Shown here: positions 19,753 through 28,483 of the stretch, piece by piece
Layout: each line of letters opens with the position of its first letter
Position numbering within the stretch: the first letter of the stretch is position 1
Position numbers and translations under genes: made by a program
The notes under the pieces: generated by a model
Seen by the model: only the letters and a program-made list of their open reading frames with translations
Told to the model about the DNA's origin: nothing
The model's database searches: none
Assembly: GCA_029245725.1 (NCBI GenBank)
Contig: JAQWOT010000201.1
Location: forward strand, 3,059 to 67,058
Direction: 5' to 3'
Source of the DNA: SAR324 cluster bacterium
GTDB lineage: Bacteria > SAR324 > NAC60-12
Length of the DNA: 64,000 bases

Positions 19753-20346
19753 ATGTCTATGCAAGGACCTCTAGCAACCAGCCGTTCAGCAACTGGAATC
19801 CCAACTGGACGACTTGCGGTATGGTGGCTACTAGCCTCGGAGATTTTCATCTTTGGTGGATTGATTGCTTGCTACATTCTGTACCGCCTAAACAATCCTT
19901 GGTGGGGCGGGGAAGCTGTTTTTACGAAAGTTCCAGCAGGTGCGTTCAATACATTCGTCCTGCTGACTTCCAGCCTTTTCATCGTATTAGCACACGACGC
20001 TGCAGAGAAGAAGGATTTTGACCGGGCATTTAAATTTATCTGGTACACAATTGGTGGGGGCCTCGTCTTCTTGCTGGTCAAATATTACGAATATTCCTCA
20101 AAACTCTTCGCTGATGATCCAGAACTGCTGAAGACTCCTTTGACCAATACTTACTGGTCTTTCTACTATACGGCAACAGGACTACATGCTCTGCATGTGA
20201 TCGGAGGTATGGTCATTATGGCTTTGATCTCCTTTGACCTCAGGAAAGGCTTCAATCCACACAGGGTTGAATTGATCGGGCTGTACTGGCATTTTGTTGA
20301 TATCGTCTGGATTTTCCTTTTCCCACTCCTCTACATCGCAAAGTGA
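19753..20346 (+). CDS. coxC: Cytochrome c oxidase subunit III
   Basis: 197 aa, polytopic, subunit III family. Immediately downstream of coxA. Confidence 0.85.
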   Translation: MSMQGPLATSRSATGIPTGRLAVWWLLASEIFIFGGLIACYILYRLNNPWWGGEAVFTKVPAGAFNTFVLLTSSLFIVLAHDAAEKKDFDRAFKFIWYTIGGGLVFLLVKYYEYSSKLFADDPELLKTPLTNTYWSFYYTATGLHALHVIGGMVIMALISFDLRKGFNPHRVELIGLYWHFVDIVWIFLFPLLYIAK

Positions 20347-20699
20347 ATATGGCTGGAGCACACGCACATCCAAATTATGTAAAGATTTGGGTACTTCTCT
20401 TAGTACTCTTGGTGGTCAGTATCATTGGGCCAGAGCTAGGAATTCCGTGGCTCACGCTATTGACTGCTTTCGGAATTGCACTTATAAAGACCTATTATGT
20501 CGCTGCTTACTTCATGCATCTCAACTTTGAGAAGAAATACGTCTGGTTCCTACTGCTAATTTCTACTGTTTTACTTGGAGTATTCTTTTTTGGCGTTGCC
20601 GGTGATGTGATGAAGGCTGATGGCCAGAACTGGCAAGACTGTATCTCTAACAATACCTGTGCGGAGCAACAAAGGTACGTCGATGGTCAACTTCGGTAA
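20343..20699 (+). CDS. Cytochrome c oxidase subunit IV (prokaryotic COX4 family)
   Basis: 118 aa with the HAHP..YVKIWVLLLVL.. N-terminal signature. 4-nt overlap with coxC. Confidence 0.6.
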   Translation: MNMAGAHAHPNYVKIWVLLLVLLVVSIIGPELGIPWLTLLTAFGIALIKTYYVAAYFMHLNFEKKYVWFLLLISTVLLGVFFFGVAGDVMKADGQNWQDCISNNTCAEQQRYVDGQLR

Positions 20700-20702
20700 T
20701 TC

Positions 20703-21302
20703 ATGATTTTACTCGTAGCTCCTGAGATTCCAGCAAATTCGAATGCTGAACGTAGACAACTGGTTTCAAGCAGCATTTTTGCGACTGTCATTCTGATCAT
20801 GACAGAAGTGATGTTCTTTGCAGCACTGATCAGCGCCTATATGATTATCCGCTCTGGCGCCGAAGAGTGGCCTCCATGGGGTCAGCCTCGGCTTCCAGTG
20901 TTCGCAACAGCATTGAACTCTTTGACTCTCTTGGTGAGCGCCTTCTGTCTGCATCGGTCTGTAAAGGTATTCCCTTCGCAGGCATCACAGTCTAAGCAGT
21001 TGCTTGCTTTGACGATTGCTCTGGGAACAGTCTTTGTCAGTGTGCAGGGATACGAGTGGATCCAGTTGATTAGTTTTGGGCTGACCATTACTTCCAGTAC
21101 CTATGGAGGTGTCTTCTATCTGATCATCGGAGCTCACGGGCTGCATGTGATTGGAGGGCTGCTCGCTTTACTTGTTTGTTTGAGAAGGCTCAACTCTACC
21201 TCCCAGCAACTGACAATTGACAACCTTCGTGCAGCCCAAATCTTTTGGTATTTTGTGGTTGGAGTTTGGCCAGTTTTATATACACTTGTTTACTTGCTTT
21301 GA
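20703..21302 (+). CDS. Second heme-copper oxidase subunit III-family paralog
   Basis: 199 aa, polytopic, subunit III-like helices (…GAHGLHVIGGLLALLV…). Begins 4 nt after the subunit IV gene. Confidence 0.6.
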   Translation: MILLVAPEIPANSNAERRQLVSSSIFATVILIMTEVMFFAALISAYMIIRSGAEEWPPWGQPRLPVFATALNSLTLLVSAFCLHRSVKVFPSQASQSKQLLALTIALGTVFVSVQGYEWIQLISFGLTITSSTYGGVFYLIIGAHGLHVIGGLLALLVCLRRLNSTSQQLTIDNLRAAQIFWYFVVGVWPVLYTLVYLL

Positions 21303-21304
21303 GG

Positions 21305-21529
21305 ATTGTGAGAGCCGTTCCTACTATTGTGATTACTGGCCTGGCTAGTTTATTCCTGAATTTCGACGTACAAGCCTGTGCGGTTTGTTTCTCTTCCTCA
21401 GAGAATACGAGAGCCGCATTTTACCTGACGACAGCTTTCTTGACTGTACTGCCAGTAGCCATGCTGATTGGTGGCTTCTACTGGGTACGGAAGCTGCAGC
21501 AGAAGCATGATGCGGTTGATCAAAGTTAA
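21305..21529 (+). CDS. Small two-TM membrane protein with a C-x-x-C in the inter-helix loop (possible metal/assembly factor)
   Basis: GTG at 21305, directly after the subunit III-like stop. About 75 aa: VRAVPTIVITGLASLFLNFDVQACAVCFSS…FYWVRKLQQKHDAVDQS. The ORF-track version starts upstream, overlapping the previous gene. Confidence 0.35.
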   Translation: MVRAVPTIVITGLASLFLNFDVQACAVCFSSSENTRAAFYLTTAFLTVLPVAMLIGGFYWVRKLQQKHDAVDQS

Positions 21530-21553
21530 GCTTCATTCCGTCAGGACGAGTAC

Positions 21554-22531
21554 ATGTTGCCTCCTCGCCATCTTTTGGCAATCCCTGCGCTTTTGTTCTT
21601 TATTTCAATAACAAGCTTAGCGCTCGCTCTACCCCGCAATCTTCTCCTTTCCAAAAATCCAGATCTTACATTTTTACTGGTTGATAAAAAAGACTGCCAA
21701 ATCGCAGTCTATCGAGGCTATCCGAAGTGGGAGATGATCGCTGCATATCCGTGTACAACGGGAAAAGTGCCAGGTGACAAGTTCAAAGAAGGAGATCTGA
21801 AGACACCAACGGGGATCTACTGGTTTACGGACGTTTGGTCAGAGAAAGATTTGATAGGAATGTATGGTGTTAAGGAAGCAAAACCCTATGGTGCAGGAGC
21901 ATTCCCACTAAACTACCCAAACTTGATAGATCGTCTCTTCCACGACAAGACAGGCTATGGAATTTGGTTGCATGGTACAGAGGGCGATCAGCCTATTCCA
22001 ACAGAGGGATGTGTTTCAGTCAGTAATGAAAATTTTTTAGAGATTGCGCAGTATATACAACTGCCAAACACTTTGATTCTGATTGATGAATCAGTAGAAA
22101 AATTGGAGGAACATCAGCATCTAGCTGAAATAGAGAGGCTGAAAAATTTTGTTGTCACCTGGATAGATGCTTGGGAAAATCCAAATGTGGAAGACTACAT
22201 AAATTACTATTCAAGTAGGTTTACAAACGAAAATTTCGATAAGAAGAGATGGCTACACTACAAGAAGAGAATTAATCTGCGAAATAAAAGTCGGAAAATA
22301 CAAGCTTCGAATCTAACCTTCCTATATAGTAAGGATACTTACTTTGTTCATTTTCTCCAAAAATATAGCTCTTCAGATTTTAGTGATTTAGGTTGGAAAA
22401 CGTTATATTTAGAGTTTCAAGTGGACGTACAGGATTTTCGAATTATCAGCGAAAATTGGGAACCTTATGAAAATCTAGCTATTATTCCAAAAACAGCTGA
22501 CGCCTCTAAATCTGAAACTGATGAAATTTAA
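21554..22531 (+). CDS. L,D-transpeptidase (YkuD fold) with a K/N/Y-rich C-terminal extension
   Basis: Signal peptide. Catalytic region …IWLHGTEGDQPIPTEGCVSVSNE… (His/Cys of the YkuD domain). The 3' 450 nt is markedly AT-rich. Confidence 0.75.
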   Translation: MLPPRHLLAIPALLFFISITSLALALPRNLLLSKNPDLTFLLVDKKDCQIAVYRGYPKWEMIAAYPCTTGKVPGDKFKEGDLKTPTGIYWFTDVWSEKDLIGMYGVKEAKPYGAGAFPLNYPNLIDRLFHDKTGYGIWLHGTEGDQPIPTEGCVSVSNENFLEIAQYIQLPNTLILIDESVEKLEEHQHLAEIERLKNFVVTWIDAWENPNVEDYINYYSSRFTNENFDKKRWLHYKKRINLRNKSRKIQASNLTFLYSKDTYFVHFLQKYSSSDFSDLGWKTLYLEFQVDVQDFRIISENWEPYENLAIIPKTADASKSETDEI

Positions 22532-23451
22532 GCCTCTCCTTCAACCCTCACTATCTGCGTTCCAATCCCTTGATCAGTAAATAGTTCAGCAATCACAGAG
22601 TGCGGATCTGTTCCGTTAATGATGTGAGCTGAACGAACGTTGGCTTTAACGCAATCCAACGCAGCCTGAATTTTAGGGACCATCCCACCTGAAATCACCT
22701 TGTTGGCGATCAAGTTCTCCGCAGTAGCCGTATCCAGATAGGAAATCAACTCTTTTCCATCTGATAACACCCCATCAACATCAGTCATGAAAATCACCTT
22801 GCGTGCTTCTAACGCAACTGCAATTGCAGCTGCGACAGTATCGGCATTGATGTTGTAGGTCTCACCACTACTCCCCATCCCTATTGGCGAGACAACTGGA
22901 ATGAACTGCTCTCGAATCAGTAGATGCAGTAGTTCGGGATTGATCTGTCTGATAGTACCTACATAGCCAAGGTCGATGCCACTGGCGTGCTTTTTCTTGT
23001 CAGCTTGAATCAGATTTCCATCCTTCCCACTAAGTCCTACTGCCTTTCCCCCAAAAGTCTGTAAATGAGCGATAATCTCTTTATTGAGGTTTCCTGAGAG
23101 CACCATTTCAGCAACCTTCAAATTCTCTGCGGTTGTTACTCTCAACCCATCAACAAAGGTCACTTCCTGGCCTAGGCTCTGGATCACCTTCGATACTTCT
23201 GGACCACCACCATGGACAACGACTGGTCTCATTCCTAAGGATTGTAACAGCACAATGTCTTGGGCAAAGCTGGTTTTCAGGGCTTCCTCGATCATTGCGG
23301 CTCCTCCGTACTTGATGACGATGATCTGGTTACGGAAGCGCTGAATGTAGGATAGAGCCTCAATCAGTAGATCTTTCTTGTCCCGGTGACTGATTTTCAT
23401 TGGGGATTTCGAATGAGACAGAAAAGGAAGGATTATGGGTATGTTGCTCAA
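22528..23451 (-). CDS. argB: Acetylglutamate kinase
   Basis: 307 aa, amino-acid kinase family (…IVIKYGGAAM… N-terminus; …GGMVPKI…). Confidence 0.9.
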   Translation of the reverse strand: MSNIPIILPFLSHSKSPMKISHRDKKDLLIEALSYIQRFRNQIIVIKYGGAAMIEEALKTSFAQDIVLLQSLGMRPVVVHGGGPEVSKVIQSLGQEVTFVDGLRVTTAENLKVAEMVLSGNLNKEIIAHLQTFGGKAVGLSGKDGNLIQADKKKHASGIDLGYVGTIRQINPELLHLLIREQFIPVVSPIGMGSSGETYNINADTVAAAIAVALEARKVIFMTDVDGVLSDGKELISYLDTATAENLIANKVISGGMVPKIQAALDCVKANVRSAHIINGTDPHSVIAELFTDQGIGTQIVRVEGEA

Positions 23452-25325
23452 ATATCTGGTCGGACAGGTACCTTTAACTTTTGGTTAAGTCGTAATGGCT
23501 CGTTTCCTTCAAGATCATTAAGAACCAAGAGTTGCTCAACAGAAGTCCTATGTTCTCTAGCAATATCCCAGAGAGTATCACCCATACGCACCTGGATAAT
23601 TCTGTGGGTTGCTTTGTTGTTTTGTGTGATCTCTCTAAATACGGTGAGTTGTTGTCCTGCAAGTAGTGAATCAGAACTTTTCAGATTGTTCCATTCCATC
23701 AATTTACTGACAGTCACATTATAGCGTTCTGCCAGTTCAGAGAGGGTTGCTCCTTGGGGAACCCTTATTCTGACCTGTTTTTCCTGAACCAATTGTTGAG
23801 AGGTTGGTTCAGGCGGTGGAGCAATGATTAGTGTTTGGTTCGCCTGCAAAGCATTAGGAGCAGCGAGATTATTCCAACCTATCAACTCTTTCACAGAAAC
23901 ATCATAGCGTTGTGCTAAGTTAGACAGTGTTGCTCCTTGGGGAACTTGAATCGTTTTGGGGCGAGGATAAATCTTTAGTGACTGGCCAGCTTGCAGATCC
24001 ATTGGTGAGCGTAAATGATTGATCGTCATTAGCTCTTTGATATTTGTGTGGTATCGCTCTGCCAGTTCAGAGAGAGTTGCTCCTTTGGGAACCCGGATGA
24101 CAAACTGTGTCCCACGGATGCGCTCTTCCAAGTTTTGATTTTTTTCTCGTACTTCCTCCAAGACCTTACGATTGACAACATACATCTTGAGGCGTTGTCC
24201 AACTTGCAGAAGCTGGTTTTTAGGGATTCGGTTCCAGCGCAGTAGCCTTGTGATGGTTGTGTTGTACTTGCGTGAAATTGTCGATAGATTCTCTCCTCGC
24301 TGCACACGTACATATTTCAAATCGCCATGGCGCTCAAGAGTTTGTAGGTTCTCTGGAGTGTCTTGCAGCATGCTATTGTAGTGCTGGAGCCAGTGGGAAG
24401 AAGGCTCACCATACTGGCGAAGAGATTGCCACAGTGCAGGCTGATATTTCTGTGGAAGGTAGATAGTGTAATGTTTCTGATCAATGGGCGGCATCTCCCG
24501 GAGATATGCCATATTGTAGGTGAGTAATTCGTCTAGTGGCATTCCCGCACGTTGAGCAACTTCTTGGAAGGAAAAGTCGACAGGTACTTGGAACTGTGAC
24601 TGTTCCATTGGAGGTTCTAGTGTAACACCAGTGATTCCGAAATAATCTAAGTTCTTATAGATGATTGCGGTAGCCATGATTGCTGGAACGTAGCTCCGCG
24701 TTTCCCGAGGTAAAGATAGCGACCAGAAGTCAGTTGGTTTTTTTCGCTGCTTGGCTCGTTTAACCGCACGCTGGACTCTTCCTTCACCAGCGTTATAGGC
24801 TGCCAGCACAAGTTCCCAATCACCAAAAATTTCGTAAAGGTATTTGAAGTGCTGTGCGGCAGCACGTGTCGCTTTGAGTGGATCTCTGCGTTGATCAATC
24901 CAAGGATCCACCCTAAGCTGATATTGCTGTGCTGTGGTTGACATGAACTGCCAGAGTCCGACTGCTTGCTTGACTGAGACAGAACGTTCATTGAAGTTAC
25001 TTTCCACTGCCACAACGAAAACCAAGTCCTGTGGAAGGCCCCAAGCTCGTAGTTCTCTGCGGAACATATCCATGTATCGCCCAGAACGAGCAAGTCCACG
25101 GTCAAGAATGGAATGCTTACGCTCGGTGTAGTAGCGTAGCATCTGTTGCACTCGCTTATTGAGCTTGATGGGAATGTCGTAGTATCTTTGATCTGCAATC
25201 GCCTGGAGCGAGGGTTTTCCTTTGCCTGTGCTAATCTGGTCCGAGGATTCTCCGAAACTGGGTAGTGGAGGACCCCAGCAAAAGATTACTAGCAGAATGA
25301 GGAATTGCAGTGAGCGAAGCGTCAT
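23448..25325 (-). CDS. mltD: Membrane-bound lytic murein transglycosylase D-like (SLT domain plus about 5 LysM repeats)
   Basis: Signal peptide, SLT catalytic motif …AVESNFNERSVSVKQAVGLWQF…, then repeated LysM modules (…GDTLWDIAREH…, …GATLSELAERY… x several). Confidence 0.8.
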   Translation of the reverse strand: MTLRSLQFLILLVIFCWGPPLPSFGESSDQISTGKGKPSLQAIADQRYYDIPIKLNKRVQQMLRYYTERKHSILDRGLARSGRYMDMFRRELRAWGLPQDLVFVVAVESNFNERSVSVKQAVGLWQFMSTTAQQYQLRVDPWIDQRRDPLKATRAAAQHFKYLYEIFGDWELVLAAYNAGEGRVQRAVKRAKQRKKPTDFWSLSLPRETRSYVPAIMATAIIYKNLDYFGITGVTLEPPMEQSQFQVPVDFSFQEVAQRAGMPLDELLTYNMAYLREMPPIDQKHYTIYLPQKYQPALWQSLRQYGEPSSHWLQHYNSMLQDTPENLQTLERHGDLKYVRVQRGENLSTISRKYNTTITRLLRWNRIPKNQLLQVGQRLKMYVVNRKVLEEVREKNQNLEERIRGTQFVIRVPKGATLSELAERYHTNIKELMTINHLRSPMDLQAGQSLKIYPRPKTIQVPQGATLSNLAQRYDVSVKELIGWNNLAAPNALQANQTLIIAPPPEPTSQQLVQEKQVRIRVPQGATLSELAERYNVTVSKLMEWNNLKSSDSLLAGQQLTVFREITQNNKATHRIIQVRMGDTLWDIAREHRTSVEQLLVLNDLEGNEPLRLNQKLKVPVRPDI

Positions 25326-25390
25326 TGTCTCTTTAAAGAGAGCATTTTTGTGAATGAATTAATCAAAAAATCATTCCTATATACCTGATT

Positions 25391-25468
25391 TCTTGCAAGA
25401 TAAATGACACAAAAGAAAAAAGAGTTTTTCACTGTAATTCAGCTTGTAGACTAAAGTTTTTCTTGCAA
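25391..25468. promoter_or_regulatory. Perfect 10-bp palindrome TCTTGCAAGA (25391-25400) and a second TCTTGCAA copy 70 bp downstream (25461-25468)
   Basis: Seen directly in the AT-rich divergent gap between the mltD-like gene and the 25535 ORF. Confidence 0.25.
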
Positions 25469-25534
25469 AAAAGAGATCCATTAGGTCAATTTAATCAAAT
25501 TTAAGTCCACTGGTACTGAGTAAAAGAGGCTACA

Positions 25535-25930
25535 TTGAATTCTTATACATTCCGACGTCAAAACTATTTTGTTTTTCAAGTTGATCGCGATCCTGTTACG
25601 CCTTCAGTTCATTTCTTATGGGGTAAATTCGACTTTAGAGCGATCTTAGAACGTACTGAGGAGTCGAAAGTAATGGCTCAGCCTGATCGTGGATTCAGGG
25701 ATGAGAGTGGCCAATACTTTGTGCTGAAAAGCTTGCAGAACTTGTATCGCACAGAATGGTATGAGTTTGTCCGTCCAACAGCCCATGGCTTACAATTCGA
25801 GGAGACACTCTGGATAAATAATGGTAAGTCTCATTATGTGGAATATCCTCAGGATCTGCAGGATGTCGCATGCTCTATCTGTGCCGCAGAAATGGATCTA
25901 AGTCCGTTACAGTCTGTTGAACTAAACTAA
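25535..25930 (+). CDS. Hypothetical protein (131 aa)
   Basis: ORF with coding-like composition upstream of miaB. No recognised domain. Confidence 0.4.
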   Translation: MNSYTFRRQNYFVFQVDRDPVTPSVHFLWGKFDFRAILERTEESKVMAQPDRGFRDESGQYFVLKSLQNLYRTEWYEFVRPTAHGLQFEETLWINNGKSHYVEYPQDLQDVACSICAAEMDLSPLQSVELN

Positions 25931-25953
25931 TACTTAACCAATTTGACTACTTC

Positions 25954-27294
25954 ATGAAATCGACTTTGCCTCAACGTAAGGTGCACATAGCAACCTTTGG
26001 TTGTCAGATGAACGAGTACGATAGCGACAAGATGCTTGAAATCTTGAATCAGGAAAATTACCAGTACACAGATGAGGCTGGAGAAGCTGACTTGATTCTG
26101 CTGAATACCTGCTCTGTTCGAGACAAGGCAGAACAAAAAGTTTATAGCCTGCTAGGCAGGCTGCGGAAACTAAAGCAAGCTAATCCTAAGCTGAAAATTG
26201 GAGTTGGTGGGTGTGTTGCTCAACAGGAAGGTCAGCAAATTCTTGCAAGAGAACGCAGTGTTGATTTGGTCTTTGGTACAGATAATTTATTCGAACTACC
26301 TGAACTCTTAGCAGAAGTTGCTCAGGGAGAGCGTATCGCAAGGACAAATCGTGTAGCTCCTCGTCAAAAAGTTAGAAATTTTATCCCAGAGGAAGTTTCT
26401 TTATCAAAAGGAGCTAACCTGAAGGCTCATCTTGCGATCACCAAAGGGTGTAATAATTTTTGCTCTTTTTGTATTGTCCCTATGACACGGGGTTTGGAAG
26501 TGAGTCGGGAACCAGAAAATATTTTGCAGGAAGCTAGAAATCTGGTTGCCCAGGGAGTTCGTGAAATTTGTTTACTTGGGCAGAACGTCAATTCGTACAA
26601 GGCAGATGGTGTCGACTTTGTCCAATTGCTACGGCGAATGGACAAGATTGAAGGATTGCAACGCATAAGATTTACATCACCACATCCTAAAGATTTTCGA
26701 GAAGAACTTGCGGAAGAATTTGCTGAGTTACCAAGTCTATGTGAACAACTCCACCTACCTCTGCAGTCAGGTTCAGATCGTGTGCTACGTCGAATGCGTC
26801 GCTGGTATACCTTGGAAAAATATCTGGAAAAAGTAGCCTTGTATCGCCGTTATGTACCACAGGGAACGTTATCAACCGATATGATTGTTGGCTTTCCTGG
26901 TGAAACAGAAGAGGATTTCGAACAGACTTTGCAAGCGATCCAAACCATCCATTATGACCAGATCTTTGCATTTAAGTACTCTCCACGGCCAGATACACCT
27001 GCGGCGGCATATTCAGGACAGTTGCCAGAAGAGGTCAAGATCGAGAGATTGAGCCAGCTATTGGAGTTACAGGAGCCGATTGTAAAAGCCAAAAATAAGG
27101 CTTTGATCGGTAGTTCGCAGGAGGTCTTGGTCGAAGGCCCTTATTTGAAGGACCCAAATCGACTCAACGGAAGGAGTCGAGGTTACCACTCGGTCGCGAT
27201 TGCAAACTGTGCCGCTGAACCAGGAGAATTAGTGCCAGTTCGGATCACTGGAGCTAAAACCTACCTGCTGGAAGCAGAACCACTGTCAAAATGA
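25954..27294 (+). CDS. miaB: tRNA-i6A37 methylthiotransferase (radical SAM, MiaB)
   Basis: 446 aa. N-terminal MTTase Cys triad (FGCQMN…), radical SAM CxxxCxxC (…CNNFCSFC…), and a TRAM C-terminus. Confidence 0.9.
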   Translation: MKSTLPQRKVHIATFGCQMNEYDSDKMLEILNQENYQYTDEAGEADLILLNTCSVRDKAEQKVYSLLGRLRKLKQANPKLKIGVGGCVAQQEGQQILARERSVDLVFGTDNLFELPELLAEVAQGERIARTNRVAPRQKVRNFIPEEVSLSKGANLKAHLAITKGCNNFCSFCIVPMTRGLEVSREPENILQEARNLVAQGVREICLLGQNVNSYKADGVDFVQLLRRMDKIEGLQRIRFTSPHPKDFREELAEEFAELPSLCEQLHLPLQSGSDRVLRRMRRWYTLEKYLEKVALYRRYVPQGTLSTDMIVGFPGETEEDFEQTLQAIQTIHYDQIFAFKYSPRPDTPAAAYSGQLPEEVKIERLSQLLELQEPIVKAKNKALIGSSQEVLVEGPYLKDPNRLNGRSRGYHSVAIANCAAEPGELVPVRITGAKTYLLEAEPLSK

Positions 27295-27887
27295 TCAATC
27301 AACTTCAGATCACTAGTCGAATAGATCTTGTTTGCCCAATCTGCCACGTTGAGGGAGAGTGTGAGGCGCATTGTGTAGAAGCTTGGCAACAAGGAAATCG
27401 CCGAGATCATCTGCGAAACCTGTTGACGCCCTATCCCAATATTGGGCCGCAGTTGCTTCAAACGCTCCTAGATGACCATGCAACGCCGGAACAGGCTTTT
27501 GGCGACTGTACATTGATTGCTTGGAATGATGAGGTGCCAGCGACTTTTCTTCCGCTTTTCAATGGTACAGCGATGATCCACACTCAAGAGCCGTTACAAT
27601 GGTTTGCTCTTTTCCATCGTGAGGGACCCAATCTTCTGGATCTTTACACCAAACGCATACTAGGGCAGTTGATGCGCAGTTATAAGATGCGTGAGATGAT
27701 TCAGACGCTGCGTGAAGAAGAAGTCCAGATGATAGTTCCTCGTACAGCAGTGAAGCGTGCTAAGCCCACACAGCCGCCATTGGACCAAGCCCCTGAAATT
27801 CTGATTTCACAAGGTGGTGTGGCTGCAGATTCTTCTGCTTATCAGGAAGAAGAATGGGCTATTGATTTGATTCGTAGTCTAACCTAA
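27291..27887 (+). CDS. Hypothetical protein with an N-terminal Cys cluster (CPIC-x6-C-x3-C)
   Basis: 198 aa, translationally coupled to miaB (ATGA overlap). Confidence 0.5.
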   Translation: MINQLQITSRIDLVCPICHVEGECEAHCVEAWQQGNRRDHLRNLLTPYPNIGPQLLQTLLDDHATPEQAFGDCTLIAWNDEVPATFLPLFNGTAMIHTQEPLQWFALFHREGPNLLDLYTKRILGQLMRSYKMREMIQTLREEEVQMIVPRTAVKRAKPTQPPLDQAPEILISQGGVAADSSAYQEEEWAIDLIRSLT

Positions 27888-27977
27888 AGATCTTCGATAG
27901 AAGAAGGTGGTAAAATATTTGTTTAGTATTTGCACATCTCTTATCGTAAACCAAAATTGAAGAAGAAAGATAGGATT

Positions 27978-28406
27978 ATGAAACCATGGATTGTATGGAT
28001 GTGCTTTGGGTTGCTCTATCTTGGAGTACAGGAAGTCGAAGCGCGAAGAATCACTGGTGGAAAGCCAATGGCGCCGCGAAGCCCAAGCATTAACTATGAA
28101 CAACTTCAGCAGCATCGAACACAGTCTCGTGCTGGTTATCAAAGTGGTTACTATGATCAAGCATACCAAGCTGAGGTTCGTAGGGGCCGTTCGGTGAACA
28201 GCATGGTTGAGAGCAATACAGGAAATCCACCGATTTATCCGCTTAATTACGGTTCACTCCGACGCTCTGTGTTGGAAGATGATGATACCCAACGCCGGAA
28301 CTTCAATCCATTCAGAGTGAAGCCAGAATATGGGACACGTCCATCTAGTCGCCCACGCCCACGTTATCCTACCGAAGGTGTCAAATCACCGATCAAACTA
28401 TTCTGA
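27978..28406 (+). CDS. Small secreted R/Y/Q/P-rich protein
   Basis: Probable start at MKPWIVWMCFGLLYLGVQEVEA (signal peptide). The ORF-track start at 27930 is further upstream. Confidence 0.4.
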   Translation: MKPWIVWMCFGLLYLGVQEVEARRITGGKPMAPRSPSINYEQLQQHRTQSRAGYQSGYYDQAYQAEVRRGRSVNSMVESNTGNPPIYPLNYGSLRRSVLEDDDTQRRNFNPFRVKPEYGTRPSSRPRPRYPTEGVKSPIKLF

Positions 28407-28429
28407 TTGTTTCTCACATTCCCCAAAAA

Positions 28430-28452
28430 GTGTTGGCCTCGAAGGCCAACAC
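28430..28452. terminator. Perfect 9-bp stem hairpin GTGTTGGCC-tcgaa-GGCCAACAC
   Basis: Seen directly. The A-tract (CCCCAAAAA) lies 5' on the + strand, so the U-tract would follow the hairpin only on the - strand. Its function as a terminator is uncertain. Confidence 0.3.
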
Positions 28453-28483
28453 AAACTAATCGCAAATCAAAAGAGATTTACAA

